Below are positions 49,452 through 61,355 of a stretch of 64,000 nucleotides of DNA, piece by piece; position 1 is the first letter of the stretch, and every line of letters starts with the position of its first letter. Below the pieces are notes generated by a model. It saw nothing but the letters and a program-made list of their open reading frames with translations. It had not been told where the DNA came from and ran no database searches. Location of the stretch: contig CM126217.1 in the NCBI GenBank assembly GCA_052327205.1, forward strand, positions 76,198,001 to 76,262,000, in the 5' to 3' direction. The position numbers and the translations under genes were made by a program. Source of the stretch: Somniosus microcephalus. Taxonomy: Eukaryota.

Positions 49452-50479
49452 ACAGAAGCAGTTGTCTGGGCTTTCAGCTTGGGACATTCCTCAGTTCAGT
49501 GGGCATTCCTCAGTTGCTGTACTAGATCTGCTTTCAGCCAACAATTGACCAATAAGTAAATGATCTTCATGATATCCTTTAGGGTAGCACTGAACACTCT
49601 AAGGGTTGTTGGCAAATGTTCCGATTGTATTTCTGACCTCTTTGTAAGAGTACATGAAAGATTTTCACACCATGGAGCAAGTGGCTACTTCATGAGTATC
49701 AGCAGGAGAGCTGAAAAGAACAGTGAGATTAAGCCCAGAGACAGTCTCTTTTGCTAACAGTAATGATTGGGACTCTTAACTTACAGGAGTTTGCCACTGG
49801 CAGATGTGATGGGCTGCAGGATTGGCTTTACACTCCTCAGCGTTACCCTGTGATCTGTTCTCCTGGAGCTAGCTAGTCATCCTGCAGAGGTGCCCAGCTT
49901 TGGTGGCATGGTTGGAGAAAGAACAGAAGAGGCAGCTTGCTCTCTGGGTTAGGGCAGATTGCATTTCTATCCAATTAATTCTTGAATGTGGTTTCAGCTG
50001 CAGAAGGACCACGTAATGATCCTACAACCAGAGCTTTAACACCATCTCTATCTTTTGAGGTTTACACTCACTGGCAGTAACCTAATACCACAGTTAGTCA
50101 TTCCATTCGAGGACTACTTAGACATAGTAGGGTAGGCACTAGAAGAAGCATGTGTTATAGGGTCACTAACGGGAGCATAGTGGGAGATAGTAGTAACATG
50201 TCATTATGTAAATATCATTAAAAAATTAGAGGATTTTATTTCTTTAGTGTATTGGGAAGAGCACTATTGAAGTTCCAACTGATTGTGAGATGGTATAAGA
50301 TTGCAGTTAAACTACAGTGGATGAAAATGTAGAGCATATTGTTTCTGGGGACAGTGGCGCTTCATTTACTTGCAATTCTTATTCAGAGGCTTGTCTGGCA
50401 ATTACTGGAAGCAATTATCAATTAGTGCCTGCTGCACCAGTCTTCCAGGCTGTGACTGGATCTTCATGATTGCTTCCTC

Positions 50480-52160
50480 TTTGTCCTGCTGCACCATGGC
50501 TCCTCTTTGAATGGTGAAGTTATGCAACATGCAGCGCATGGTGATTTATTTTGGGTGCCTTTGCAGGGCTATGGAGAAACATTAGTCTTGAGTAGCCCAA
50601 GCAGCAGAATCTTCACTTCAATATGACATTGGTAAGCTACACGTTAATTTTGGCTGAAGCATATTGTATTTATGTTTAAATGCTGTTTCAGAGTTTCTCA
50701 GTGGGGTCGATAGTCAAGGCTGCAGAGGATAGCTCTGGTCTCCTAGTAGCCATCTACCCAATATATGTGAGCCTTCAAATAATGCAGGCACAGTGGGCTG
50801 CCACTTAATGAAGATATAACAGATGCATCCTGGATTACGGGCATTGATGTACGTTATGATGTTTCTATAGTCAGACCAAAGTCCTTTCTGTTCATGTAGG
50901 ATATGGGTTGATCTGAGGAACCCCGATGCCCACATGGATGACCTGCACTCTTGGGAATCCTGCTACCCAGTGAAAGTTCTGCGCTTTGTCCATAGGAGGA
51001 AAAATTATGAACATATTGCTCTCAGTAGACTTGGGGCTGGATTTTCCCAGCCCTAAGGAGGCGGGTTTGGAGGCGAGACTGCTGGGAAAATGGGAAAAAT
51101 TTGGAGCGGGTCCCAGCCCCGCTCCCAACCCACCTCTGAACCATCTTCCCGGGAGGCAGGTCCCCGACTTGTGCAGGGACCCGTCTTCTAGTAGCGGGAA
51201 GGGGATTAGAGCCAATTAACTGCCTGTTAACAGGTAGTTAACAGGCAGTTAAGAGGCTTTTCCCCATTTTCAGCCTGCTGATGTGAGCTTCCCGATGGTG
51301 GGAAACCCCACCAGGGTCAGTGAGGCGAGCTGTGGGTCTGCTGAAGTGTAAGTGTGCAAATGACAGCTGAAGAGGTAGTGTGATGGGTGCAATTGTGCAC
51401 AGGTAAGTATGACAGGTGAGAGAATGTAGTGAGAAATATTTTTATTCTGTTTATATGTATCTGCAGGTGACAAGATTTGATGCTTCTGTGAGGCTTCATC
51501 TGATCGGGAGAATTGACCGATGACTTCTGCAATCTCACATGCAGCTGCCATCTGTTTTCTCCGAAGGAGAGAGTCATTGGTGGGCCTGGATGCAAGGGCT
51601 CACCTTTGGACAGTGATTGTCAGTGTTTGACAGCACCTTTAAGAAAAGCAGCAGATGAAGCGTCGTGCACTGATGTCAGCTGACACTGGCTTTCCCTTAA
51701 TTGGCTGGCAAGCCCGCAGGGCGGGCTTAACAAGGCCAATCAAGGGAAAATAGCGTCTGTTCGTCAGACGTCGCTGGGGGCGGGACTACAACCCGGAAGG
51801 CAGCAGTCCTGCCCCCAACTCATCTCGGCTGGCAAAATCCAGCCCTTAGTGTCTGTCACTTGCCACTTGCGTGATACCTTTATGAACTGCATACTGGCTG
51901 AAGTGGAAAATATCCCCTGCAGTGGCTTGGAGGAATCTGGTAACATTTAAACCTTAATGCTGTGGTAACCTTCATAGCTACAGGAAAACCTATCCCTGGT
52001 CCAGAAAGTGCAGCACAGACTGGAGCAGATGGTATTGTTCAATTACAGCCTCTCTTGTGAAGCGGAGGCTGTGAAAGCAGCTGTCTTCTGACATGCCCAG
52101 GTATGAGTGTCGGAATCCGCACATGCAGTTCCAGGGCCAGTGATGGGTGCAGACATAACA
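50480..52160 (-). pseudogene. HARBI1-like DDE transposase pseudogene, split by the MITE at 51034-51845
   Basis: RHSYLGMSEDSCFHSLRFTREAV (N-terminal), NFHWVAGFPRVQVIHVGI (decayed GFP.V.GAIDCTH), INARNPG, and WLLGDQSYPLQP*LSTPL...KYN (GD.GYPL motif); stops and frameshifts present. Confidence 0.8.
51034..51845. mobile_element. Harbinger-type non-autonomous element (MITE) with 19-bp TIRs
   Basis: TIRs gggctggattttcccagcc and ggctggcaaaatccagccc (one mismatch). Flanks TTG and TTA fit a 3-bp TWA target duplication with one substitution. Confidence 0.85.
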
Positions 52161-52823
52161 GCTCAGGTGTTTTTGCACCAGCATTTTCTCTCTGCCCGTG
52201 AACTCTTCTTCCTCATCTAAATCATGCAGTGCTATAGGAACTCCCAAAGGAGTTCCCATTCTCAGCATTTTTGTTACAACCATCAGCAGTATTGTAGGAA
52301 AATGTGGTAAACAAACATATTCAGATGCAAAAATTGTACCCTTCATTGTAAAAGGAACTAATGCAGGGAGCATAATGCAACTAAAAATCAATGAGTTTTG
52401 AAGACGAGTTTGATTTCAATCTGGGAATAATAACCTAGCTTTAAGAATCCATCTTAAATAAGCCAGGCCAGTAGATTAGTCATATGTCCAATTTATATAC
52501 ATGAGGTGAGCACCAGAAGTGGAGCTTATTCAGTGTGAATTTCGGTGTGGTAACTCCTCTTTTGCAATGAAGCTGGCTGGCAGAACATCTTCCCTTTATC
52601 CCTTTTTATCCTCTGCCATGAATCGAATTGCACAGTGACTTGGATGCTCACCTGTGTATGCCTAAAATCCTGACCCATGCTTAGCCCACAGCAAGGCCTT
52701 GAGCCACCAGCAACGCCTCAATATTTTGGACCTCTTGCTGTATAACTGTTATGGTGATTCAGTTAGATTTTGCTTTAATGAAGGCCTTTATTCTAAAACC
52801 CTACTGTGCACAAACACGAAACT

Positions 52824-53272
52824 AATAAAATAGTACATTTATTTTTGTTTTCCTTCATTCTCCCACACTAAGGAATGACATCACCAATTAATAGTGCGTG
52901 TGGGGACAACTCAGTCCCTTGTGTAATGAGTAAGTTGCTTTATGTTTTGTTTTGGACAGATTCATGGTTGATGGGAATTCGGAGAAGCAACAAATGCCTC
53001 CTTTTGAGAAGGAAGGATGCCACAAACATTTTAGGGAAGGGTGTGAGAGCTTCAAAATAAAATGTAAGGATTAACAAAAACCAGCAATAAATTGTAATAG
53101 ATTGGGTGTGATAATACCATCAACAGCCTGTAGTGCCAATCAGCCATGAAATGGTTCCACTAAACTGGCAGACACTTCCATACACAAAAGAATAAAGTAG
53201 TACACCTATTTATGTTTTCTATAGTTCCTTCACAATAAAGGATGACATCACCAATTAGCACTGCCTGGGGAC
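52824..53272 (+). repeat. Diverged direct repeat pair of about 80 bp (52824-52907, 53191-53272)
   Basis: Exact shared core atgacatcaccaatta (52875-52890, 53242-53257) with alignable flanks. Confidence 0.75.
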
Positions 53273-54499
53273 CGCATATTCTCTTGTGTGAATAGCGTAT
53301 TCCTGTATGTAACATCGGTGGAAAATCACCAATTATTTTAATAACACTTACCGGCAATTTGTAATAAATGATGTTGACTGTCCTTATTCTAAAAAGACAT
53401 GGGAGGGTAGTTTGCATTGGACTAAGTTTAAATGTTTAGAGCACTACTGTACTATTGCATCTTCTTGTGGGGTCTATGCTAAACTTCTATGATTATGTAA
53501 TAAGATTGAATGAGTCCTATGAGTTTACAGAACAAACAGCTCTGTTCACATAGAAAACTTCAATAGCTATCCAAATACAGCAGGCTCTCATTGTAACATA
53601 CTTTAACCACCATATAAGATGTAGGGGAAGCTGTGCTTTTTATAGTGATCTCTTTGTATGACTAACAAAGATGGGGTTAGAAAGAAGGCCTACTTTACAT
53701 AATTGAAATTACCACCTAAGGATCTAACCCATTGCCGTTTCTGTGGAATCATCTGTGAGTTTCTACTATCTCATTTATGTGGTAAAGTCAAACATGAGAA
53801 ACAGCACCAGGGAATGAAACACAGGATTGCTTACTAAATGTTGAGGTTCCTGATGGAAGCCTTTTATTTTAAGTGACTTTTTGTGCCCATCAAAGCAAGA
53901 GAAGTTAATACTTTAGAATGTAATACGTTTTGATGTTTTGCCCCCAATTATCAGCATCAAGTACTCCTTGGTTGGGTATAAAAACTTTTAAGCAAAGGTC
54001 TCTACACTGCCCTAACAACCAGGGTTATTTCCCTAGCTGATGTTACTGTTGGGAACCTGGTCCTCTAGCAGCATATATCAAAACATTGCAGGCATGCTGT
54101 CCACGACTTTCCACCCATTTATTTTAATGGATGAAAAATCTTGGGCCAGCACCTATGATTTCCTGATGTGTGTGATCGGTGGGCAAGGTTCCCTTCTGGC
54201 ACCATGGATCGAGAAAGTTACACTCAATGTGCCTTAACTTCAGCCTCCTACATCAGTGTAAATACTTACAAAGTTAGCCAGCCTTATGACCTTTTTTCAC
54301 CCTCTTCAAGTTTACCTTTGATTTTCTACACTGTGTCATCCTCTCCTAGTGGAAATGACTTCTGCTGGAGAACAGTTTCATGGGTGATGACAGCAGTTTA
54401 GAAACTGACCTAAGGCTTCATTCTTAGTTTGGGAGTCTGGACAGTTCCCTTTCTGATACCCATGCTAGTTGACTTGTAAATGGTCCCCTCACCTCTTTT

Positions 54500-55540
54500 C
54501 AAAACCACGGTTATCATTCCACTCCTCAAGAAACTCATCCTCAATGCCTCTTCCCTCACTATCTAGCATCCTGTCTCTAACCTCCTCTTTCTCCTCAAGG
54601 TCCTTGAATGTGGTGTCACCTACCAAATCTCACCCACAATCCCTCCTGTTTGAATTCCTCCAGTCAGGTTGTCACTCCTTCCACAGCACTGAAACTGTCC
54701 TAATCAAAGTCACGACTGTAATTCTCTGTGACTGTGATGCATTACCTGCCCTCGCCCTCCTTGATCTTTCTGCAGCCTTTGACATTTTCGATCACACTAT
54801 CCTCCTCCAATGCCTCTCCTTCATTGTGCAGCTCGATGGGACTGCCCTCATTTGATTTCACTCTTGCGTATCAGATTAAAGAATAGCATCTCTCATAAAG
54901 ACTTCTCTTTCCTCCTCCCTGCACTGTCACAGTGGTCCCACGAATGATCCATCCTTGGCCCCCTTCATCATCTACATGCTGCTCCTTGGCAACATCATTT
55001 GCAGACATTGGGTTAGTTTCCACATGTACTCTGATGACACATAGTTCTACCTCTTCATTAACTATCTACTGCCTCTGTGGTGTCAGCCAAGCAATCTTGG
55101 ATGAGCCACAATTTTCTTCAGCTAAACTTTGGGAAGCAATCAGCATTGGTCCCTGGCCCAAACTCTGTACCCTCACTATCATTAACAGCTGCCATTCAGC
55201 CGACTAAGCCCACACTGGAATTCCCTCCCTAAATCTCGCTATCTCTCCACTTCCCTTTGGTCCTTTAAACCCGCCTTAAAATCTACCTCTTCGACCCTTA
55301 TTCTTGCCTTTGTCACCTCGACTCAATTACTCCAATACTCTTCTGGCCAGCCTACCATCCTCCATAAACTTCAGCTTATCCAAAACTTTGCTCTCCATAT
55401 CCTACCGCACACCTAGCCTTGCTTGCCCATCACCCCTGTCTTTACTGACCTACATTGGCTCCCGGTTCCCTAGTACCTCAAATTTAAAATTTCTATCCTT
55501 GTCTTTAAATCCCTCCATGCCCTTGCTCCTCTCTATCTCA
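54500..55540 (+). mobile_element. L2 LINE RT remnant, heavily decayed
   Basis: [18 protein letters not shown]...[17 protein letters not shown] and a downstream catcacccctgtc...acattggctccc (ITPV...HWL) motif. Confidence 0.88.
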
Positions 55541-55726
55541 GCAAATCACAGGTGCGGTCCCATGACTTTCCATCTGTAATGAATATAAAATTGTGGGGAG
55601 CATGGCTGTGATTTCCTAATGTGCAGTCTGGTGAGTGAGGCTCCCTAATGGGAGTGCCAGCTTGTCCAATTGGCCCAGTCCAGTTATGCACATTTCCAAC
55701 AAGAGGTCAGTGGACTGTACGATAGT

Positions 55727-56432
55727 AAAATACTGCGGGTGCTGGAAATCCGAAATAACAACAGAAAATGCTGGAAAAACTCAGCAGGCCAGGCAACATC
55801 CGTGGAGAGAGAAATAGAGTCAACGTTTCAGGTCGAAACCCTTCGTCAAGACTGAAAAAGCACAGGAAATGAAACAGATTAAGAGGCCAGTTTGGGGGCA
55901 GGGAAATGGGGATGAGAGAACAAAAGAGGTGGCAAGACATTAGGTATTCAAAACGAGATGAGATGGTGATAGGACTAGTGGAGACAAAAGACGGCTCTAG
56001 GTTAGGTGTGAAATGCGCTGGCAGAATGAGAGACAGCTGCCATGTGGGAGAGAAAAAAAGGGGGAAGGGCCAAAACAAAGGTGTGGATAAAAAATATATA
56101 AAGAAATGTAATAGGGGCCGAGGTTATGATCTGAAATTGTTGAACTCAATATTGAGTCCGGAAGGCTGTAAAGTGCCTAATCGGAAGATGAGGTGCTGTT
56201 CCTCGAGCTTACGCTGGGTTTCCGTGGAACATTGCAAGAGCCCGAGCACGGTGAGGTCTGAGTGGGAATGGGGTGGTGAATTAAAATGACAGGCGACCGG
56301 AAGCTCGGGGTCATCCTTACGGACTGAATGGAGGTCTTCCGCAAAGCAGTCACCCAATCTGCGTTTGGTCTCCCCAATGTAGAGGAGACCACATCGTGAG
56401 CAGCGAATATAGTATACTAGATTGCAAGAAGT
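55727..56432 (-). mobile_element. Penelope-like element 3' fragment (GIY-YIG endonuclease plus pLTR)
   Basis: ORF 56124-56465: NLVYYIRCSRCGLLYIGETKRRLGDCFAE...PVACHFN...RKLEEQHLIFRLGTLQPSGLN. The downstream pLTR reads gacgaagggtttcgacctgaaacgttgac...cctgctgagtttttccagcattttctg. Confidence 0.92.
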
Positions 56433-56782
56433 ACTGTAATTGGGAATGGGAACTGTAATAAACATAATGATCCATCCTATTTAAGATCATAATCTCTATA
56501 GGAATTTGTTACTATGCCCAGCACTGTAACAATTTAAAATTGGTGTCTAAGATTGTATTTTGGAGAAGGTTTGTTCTCTTGTGAAGGAGCAATTTGTTTG
56601 GGTTTGACATTGATGAGTCAGCAGACATGTACAGTGATGTACATGGTGTTTGCACTGCTCTGAATTTTGTTTACTTCTTTATAAACAAATTGGTTAGCCA
56701 GACACCAAAGCTTGTGATAGTTAAAATATGTAAGGTTGCCAGTGTGGAGTAGGTGTTGTTGTTATCCCCAATGCCTATTAAC

Positions 56783-57548
56783 GGCCCAGTAATTCCGTTC
56801 CAAACGCGTGAGTACGGTCGGGGTACTCACGCGTCTGGCCGGAGGAAATGCCGGTTTTCAGCATGTACAGCGCATGTAGGGAAAACTGGCATTTCCTGTC
56901 CTCTGAACGAAGGGGTTCAGAGGCAGAACGCGCGCGACTGCACAGGCAGCGCGTGCGCAGTAAAATTCCTTTTTTTTTCCAGAGTTGCGCGCGTGTAAAG
57001 GCCTCCGGTCTTTACGCGTGGAAAAACAAGACATAAGTATTTAGTTTTTCAGGTAAGTGGGCTTTTAGTACAATGTAGAATTTTTTTTTCCACAGGTTTG
57101 TTATTTTTAAAGAATTTACAGGATGGTAAGTTTAGTTTTAGACCCTATTTTTAAAAAATGTCTTTTTTTCAAAAAGTTGATTAATTGTTTAAAACATTTT
57201 TAAAAACTTATTTATAGTTATTATAATCAGTGGGATGTTTTTAAAAATTTTATTTAAAGTTAAAGTAGTGTTTTGGCCGCCCATACTTTTCATGAGTTTG
57301 ACAGCTCTTACTGTCAAACTCATGAATCAGTTTCCCCTCCCCTGATTGGCTGCACAGTGCTCACCTGATCCCAGCCGGCACATCGCAATAACTACGCCGC
57401 TGGATCAGGTAAGCACATCGCGCCGACAGCTGAACCGGGCCTGTGACAGGAAATGCAAGCAGGCCCGGGCTTCAGATGTCGGCACGCAGGGTGAGTGCAG
57501 ATCGGGGGCTTGCACGCGCGGCAAGCCCCCGATCCTAATTTCAGGGCC
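56783..57548. mobile_element. Harbinger-type MITE with 3-bp TSD (AAC)
   Basis: Imperfect TIRs ggcccagtaatt and aatttcagggcc; AAC at 56780-56782 and 57549-57551; CpG-rich ends, AT-rich centre and several internal hairpins. Confidence 0.8.
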
Positions 57549-57580
57549 AACATCAAAAATAAGCTTTGCTTATTAAAAAC

Positions 57581-58257
57581 ATGCAGGTGCAGCAAGCAAT
57601 TAGGAAGGCAAATGGTATGTTGGCCTTCATTGCAAGAGGATTTGAGTACAGGACCAAGGATGTCTTACTACAGTTATATAGGGCCTTGGTGAGACCACAC
57701 CTAGAGTACTTTGTGCAGTTTTGGTCTCCTTACCTAAGAAAGGATATACTTGCCATAGAGGGAGTGCAGCAAAGGTTCACCAGATTGATTCTTGGGATGG
57801 CAGGACTGTCTTATGAGGAGAGATTGGGTCGACTAGGCCTGTATTCACTAAAGTTTAGAAGAATGAGAGGGGATTTCATTGAAACGTATAAAATTCTGAC
57901 AGGGCTGGACAGACTGGATGCAGGGAGGATGTTTCCCCTGGCTGGGGGGGTCTAGAACGAGGGGTCACAGTTTCAGGATACGGGGTAGGACATTTAGGAC
58001 TGAGATGAGGAGAAATGTCTTCACTCAAAGGGTGGTGAACCTGTGGAATTCTCTACCACAGAAGGCTGTGGAGGCCAAGTCACTGAATATATTTAAGAAG
58101 GAGTTCGATAAATTTCTAGACACAAAAGGCATCAAGGGGTATGGGGAGAGAGCGGGAATATTGTATTGAGATAGAGGATCAGCCATGATCATATTGAATG
58201 GCAGAGCAGGCTCGAAGAGCCAAATGGCCTACTCCTGCTCCTATTTTTCTATGTTTC
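57581..58257 (+). mobile_element. CR1 3' end
   Basis: QAIRKANGMLAFIARG...LYRALVRPHLEYFVQFWSP...FTQRVVNLWNSLP; tail tttctatgtttc. Confidence 0.95.
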
Positions 58258-58439
58258 CAAAAGCAACCATTGTGTCAGGATGAGCACCTCCTGGTTAAAG
58301 CAGACAAAGTTACAACCAATTGGCATGGTTTGTGAGCCATTGAATGCGATTGTGTCTTTGTTCTGACCCTTTGTTGAACGTTCTGCATCTGTCACTGCTT
58401 GAGTCTGAGGATATATGTGACAAAGATTCCCTAGTTCTT

Positions 58440-58780
58440 TAGAATCATAGAATGATACAGCATATAAGGAGGCCATTCGGCCCATCGTGCCTGTGCCAGC
58501 TCTTTGAAAGAGCTATTTAATTAGTCCCATTCCCCTGCCTTTTCCCCATAGCCCTGCAAATGTTTCCCCTTCAAGTATATATCCAATTTCCTTTTGAAAG
58601 TTACTATTGAATCTGCTTCCACCACCCTTTCAGGCAGTGCATTCCAGATCATAACAACTCACTGTGTAAAAAAAATCTGGTTCTTTTGCCAATTACCTTA
58701 AATCTGTGTCCTCTAATTACTGACCCTTCTGGCACTGGAACCAATTTCTCCTTATTTACTCTATCAAAACCCTTCATGAG
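58440..58780 (-). mobile_element. CR1 3' end fragment
   Basis: Begins tagaatcatagaatgatacagcatataaggaggccattcggccc; homologous to 40618-40985. Confidence 0.9.
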
Positions 58781-59147
58781 TTGAGTTGAATTCAAGTAGT
58801 TCTATTGCATGTACTGTTTCCCAAAGCTCTTTATTTGTGCTCTCTGTAAAAGCCAACTCCCATAAGCACGCCTGTGCTTCCCATGATCCCAAACATGACC
58901 TTCTTTGCAAAATATCTGTATTGAGCCAGGACTCTGAGTGTAACAGAATGAGCTTACATTAAAAAAAACTTATTTTGGGTTGAGATAGTAACAGGAAAAA
59001 TATAAGTTTCTGTTGGATTTTATGTAAGTATTACACTAAAACACAAGAAATGAACCACAACTAGATTTCGGAATACAAATTAATCACTGTGTTTTCAGTT
59101 CTGATGAAGGGAATGCATAGGAAACATTAACTTGTCCTGATGCCACA

Positions 59148-59390
59148 GGTGTCAGCTGTGGCTCAGTGGGTAGCACTCTCGCCTCTGAGTCAGAAGGTTG
59201 TGGGTTCAAATTGCACTCCAGAGACTTGAGCACGTAATCTAGACGGACACTTCAGTGCACTACCGAGGGAGTGCTGCACTGTCGAAGATGCTGTCTTTCA
59301 GATGAGTTAAACCTGGCCAATATTTATCCCTCAACCAACATCACTTAAAAAAAAAAACCAGATTACCTGGTCATTATCTCCTTGCTGATA
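59148..59390 (+). mobile_element. Deu-domain SINE, internally deleted and 3'-truncated
   Basis: tRNA head gtcagctgtggctcagtgggtagcactctcgcctctgagtcagaagg, then a jump to cctggccaatatttatccctc. Confidence 0.85.
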
Positions 59391-59915
59391 GCCTCACTGT
59401 TATTTTTGCCACAAAATCTGGGCTATTATCAATAGAAGCTATTGTTTCTCCTGTTAAGAACTGACACATTCAACTAGAGGTCACAATGGCTGCATGTGTG
59501 ATGTAATCCAACTCCTTTCTGTGGAGTTCAGCATTGTGGGTTACCTAAAAAAAAACTTGTATAAAACAAAACAAACTAAAAATTGCAGCCCAACAAAATT
59601 CTGCTCAGCAATAAGCTGATCCTACTAGCGATGAAGCATCATTAAATACAAGTGAGTACGACATCTGAAAAGTTGAGGTTGGCTTGAAAGCGCATCAACA
59701 GTAATGTGTTGCCAAGGATGAACTCTTGAATATTGCTACATGTGTTTTCCTTCACAGCATATAAGCATTTTAAGTTTGACATCTGTTCTTTTTTTTTAAA
59801 TTTGAGTTAGGTGGGAACAATCTCACAACACAAACTCCAACAGGCTCTACTAAGAAAATGTCACCATAAGTATTGATTTTTGAGCTACAAAAGCATAATT
59901 CAAAATGGTACATGA

Positions 59916-60528
59916 ATAGAGGTAGAGTACAAAAGCGTGGAAGTTATGATGAACCTTTATAAAACACTGGTTCGGCCTCAACTGAAATATTGTGTCCAAT
60001 TCTGGACACCGCATTTTAGGAAGGATGTGAAGGCCTTAGAGAGGGTGCAGAAAAGATTTACGAGAATGATTCAGGGATGAGGGACTTCAGTTATATGGAT
60101 AGACTGGAGAATCTGGGGTTGTTCTCCTTAGAGCAGAGAAGAGTGAGAGGAGATTTGATAGAGGTGTTCAAAATCTTGAGGGGTCTGGACAGAGTAGATA
60201 GAGAGAAATTGTTCCCATTGGTAGAGGGTCGAGAACCAGAGGACACAGATTTAAGCTGATTGGCAAAAGAATCAAAGGCGACATAAGAAAAAACTATTTT
60301 ACGCAGCGAGTGGTTAGGATCTGGAATGCACTGCCTGAAAGGGTGGTGGAGGCAGATTCAATCACTGCTTTCAAAAGGGAGCTGGATAAGTACCTGAAGG
60401 AAAGAAATTTGCAGGGCTACAGGGAAAGGGCGGGGGAGTGGGACTAGCTGAAGTGCTCTTGCAGAGAGCTGGCACGGGTTTGATGGGCCGACGAATGGCC
60501 TTCTTCCGTGCTGTAACCATTCTATGAA
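59916..60528 (+). mobile_element. CR1 3' end, same subfamily as 31105-32541 and 40618-41129
   Basis: LGLFSLEQRRVRGDLIEVFKIL; 3' UTR nearly identical to 32430-32530. Confidence 0.95.
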
Positions 60529-61047
60529 TGTAAAGAGCTAGTGGAGTACCAGTATATTACTTTGTGCCAGTTTGATGGTTATGACTAGAAATTAAAACAC
60601 TGATGCTAAATAGTCAGTTTAATGCTTCTGTTCTGTGAAAGAAAACACATGGTGAAAAATCTTGGAGCTAACCCACACAAATACTGTTTATTCTTTTTTT
60701 GTATAAATTGAATGTTCCAATAATTAAGAGTTGTACATTTTATATTAAATAGAAGATTAGATCTGTCACATTGTTCTGACCTGTGCTTCAAAACTACTTT
60801 AAGACTTTTGTTATGAACAAAGATGCTTACTTGAATATGGCTCAGTAATATCAGTGATAATTCAGTTTGCATGTGTTGAAACAGCCCATTAACTAGAGTG
60901 TTTTAGTTTTACAACTTGCCAATTTTATCTGCTTGCTATTTTTGAATTGTTTTTAAATTTCCTTCCCCTTCCCTGCTCCCCTCCAGCTGTTGGAGAAATG
61001 GTCTTTCTGGTGACACGGTCAGCAATTCACAGCCGAGGGAACATATA

Positions 61048-61355
61048 GGCCCAAATTTTGCGGTAAAAAATAACGGTGAGGCTATCAGCACTCACCGTTA
61101 TTAAAGTGTGGATCGGACAGCAACTTCCAGCGCCCGCACGTGCGCAGTTAAACGCAGAAATCAGGAAGTTGCCGTCTGAGTTGCCCTGCTCCTCCAGAAG
61201 CTTTGCTATACCGGTGACTCGGCATTGAAACACATGGAAGAGCATGAAGTTGCTGTACTTGCGTGATACATTCACACTAAACTCGCCAGAAAAAGGTTAG
61301 GGCTTGTAGGGGGACTTCAATTATCCGAACATAGACTGGGAGAAAACAACAGTGT
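61048..61355 (+). mobile_element. MITE left end fused to a tiny CR1 endonuclease fragment
   Basis: ggcccaaattttgcgg terminus and a CpG-rich body to about 61305, then gggggacttcaattatccgaacatagactgg (GDFNYPNIDW). Confidence 0.6.

Larger units (their letters stand above)
47870..52676. mobile_element. Decayed PIF/Harbinger transposon with convergent Myb/SANT-like (+) and transposase (-) remnants; outer boundaries uncertain
   Basis: Plus strand about 48730-48815: NHQEQMCTGGEPPGLKKLTQYEEMA, the TGG-PP...LT..EE motif of Harbinger Myb/SANT proteins. Minus strand about 50480-52160 carries transposase motifs. Candidate termini gggctgagatct (47870) and aaaatcctgaccc (52676). Confidence 0.55.
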
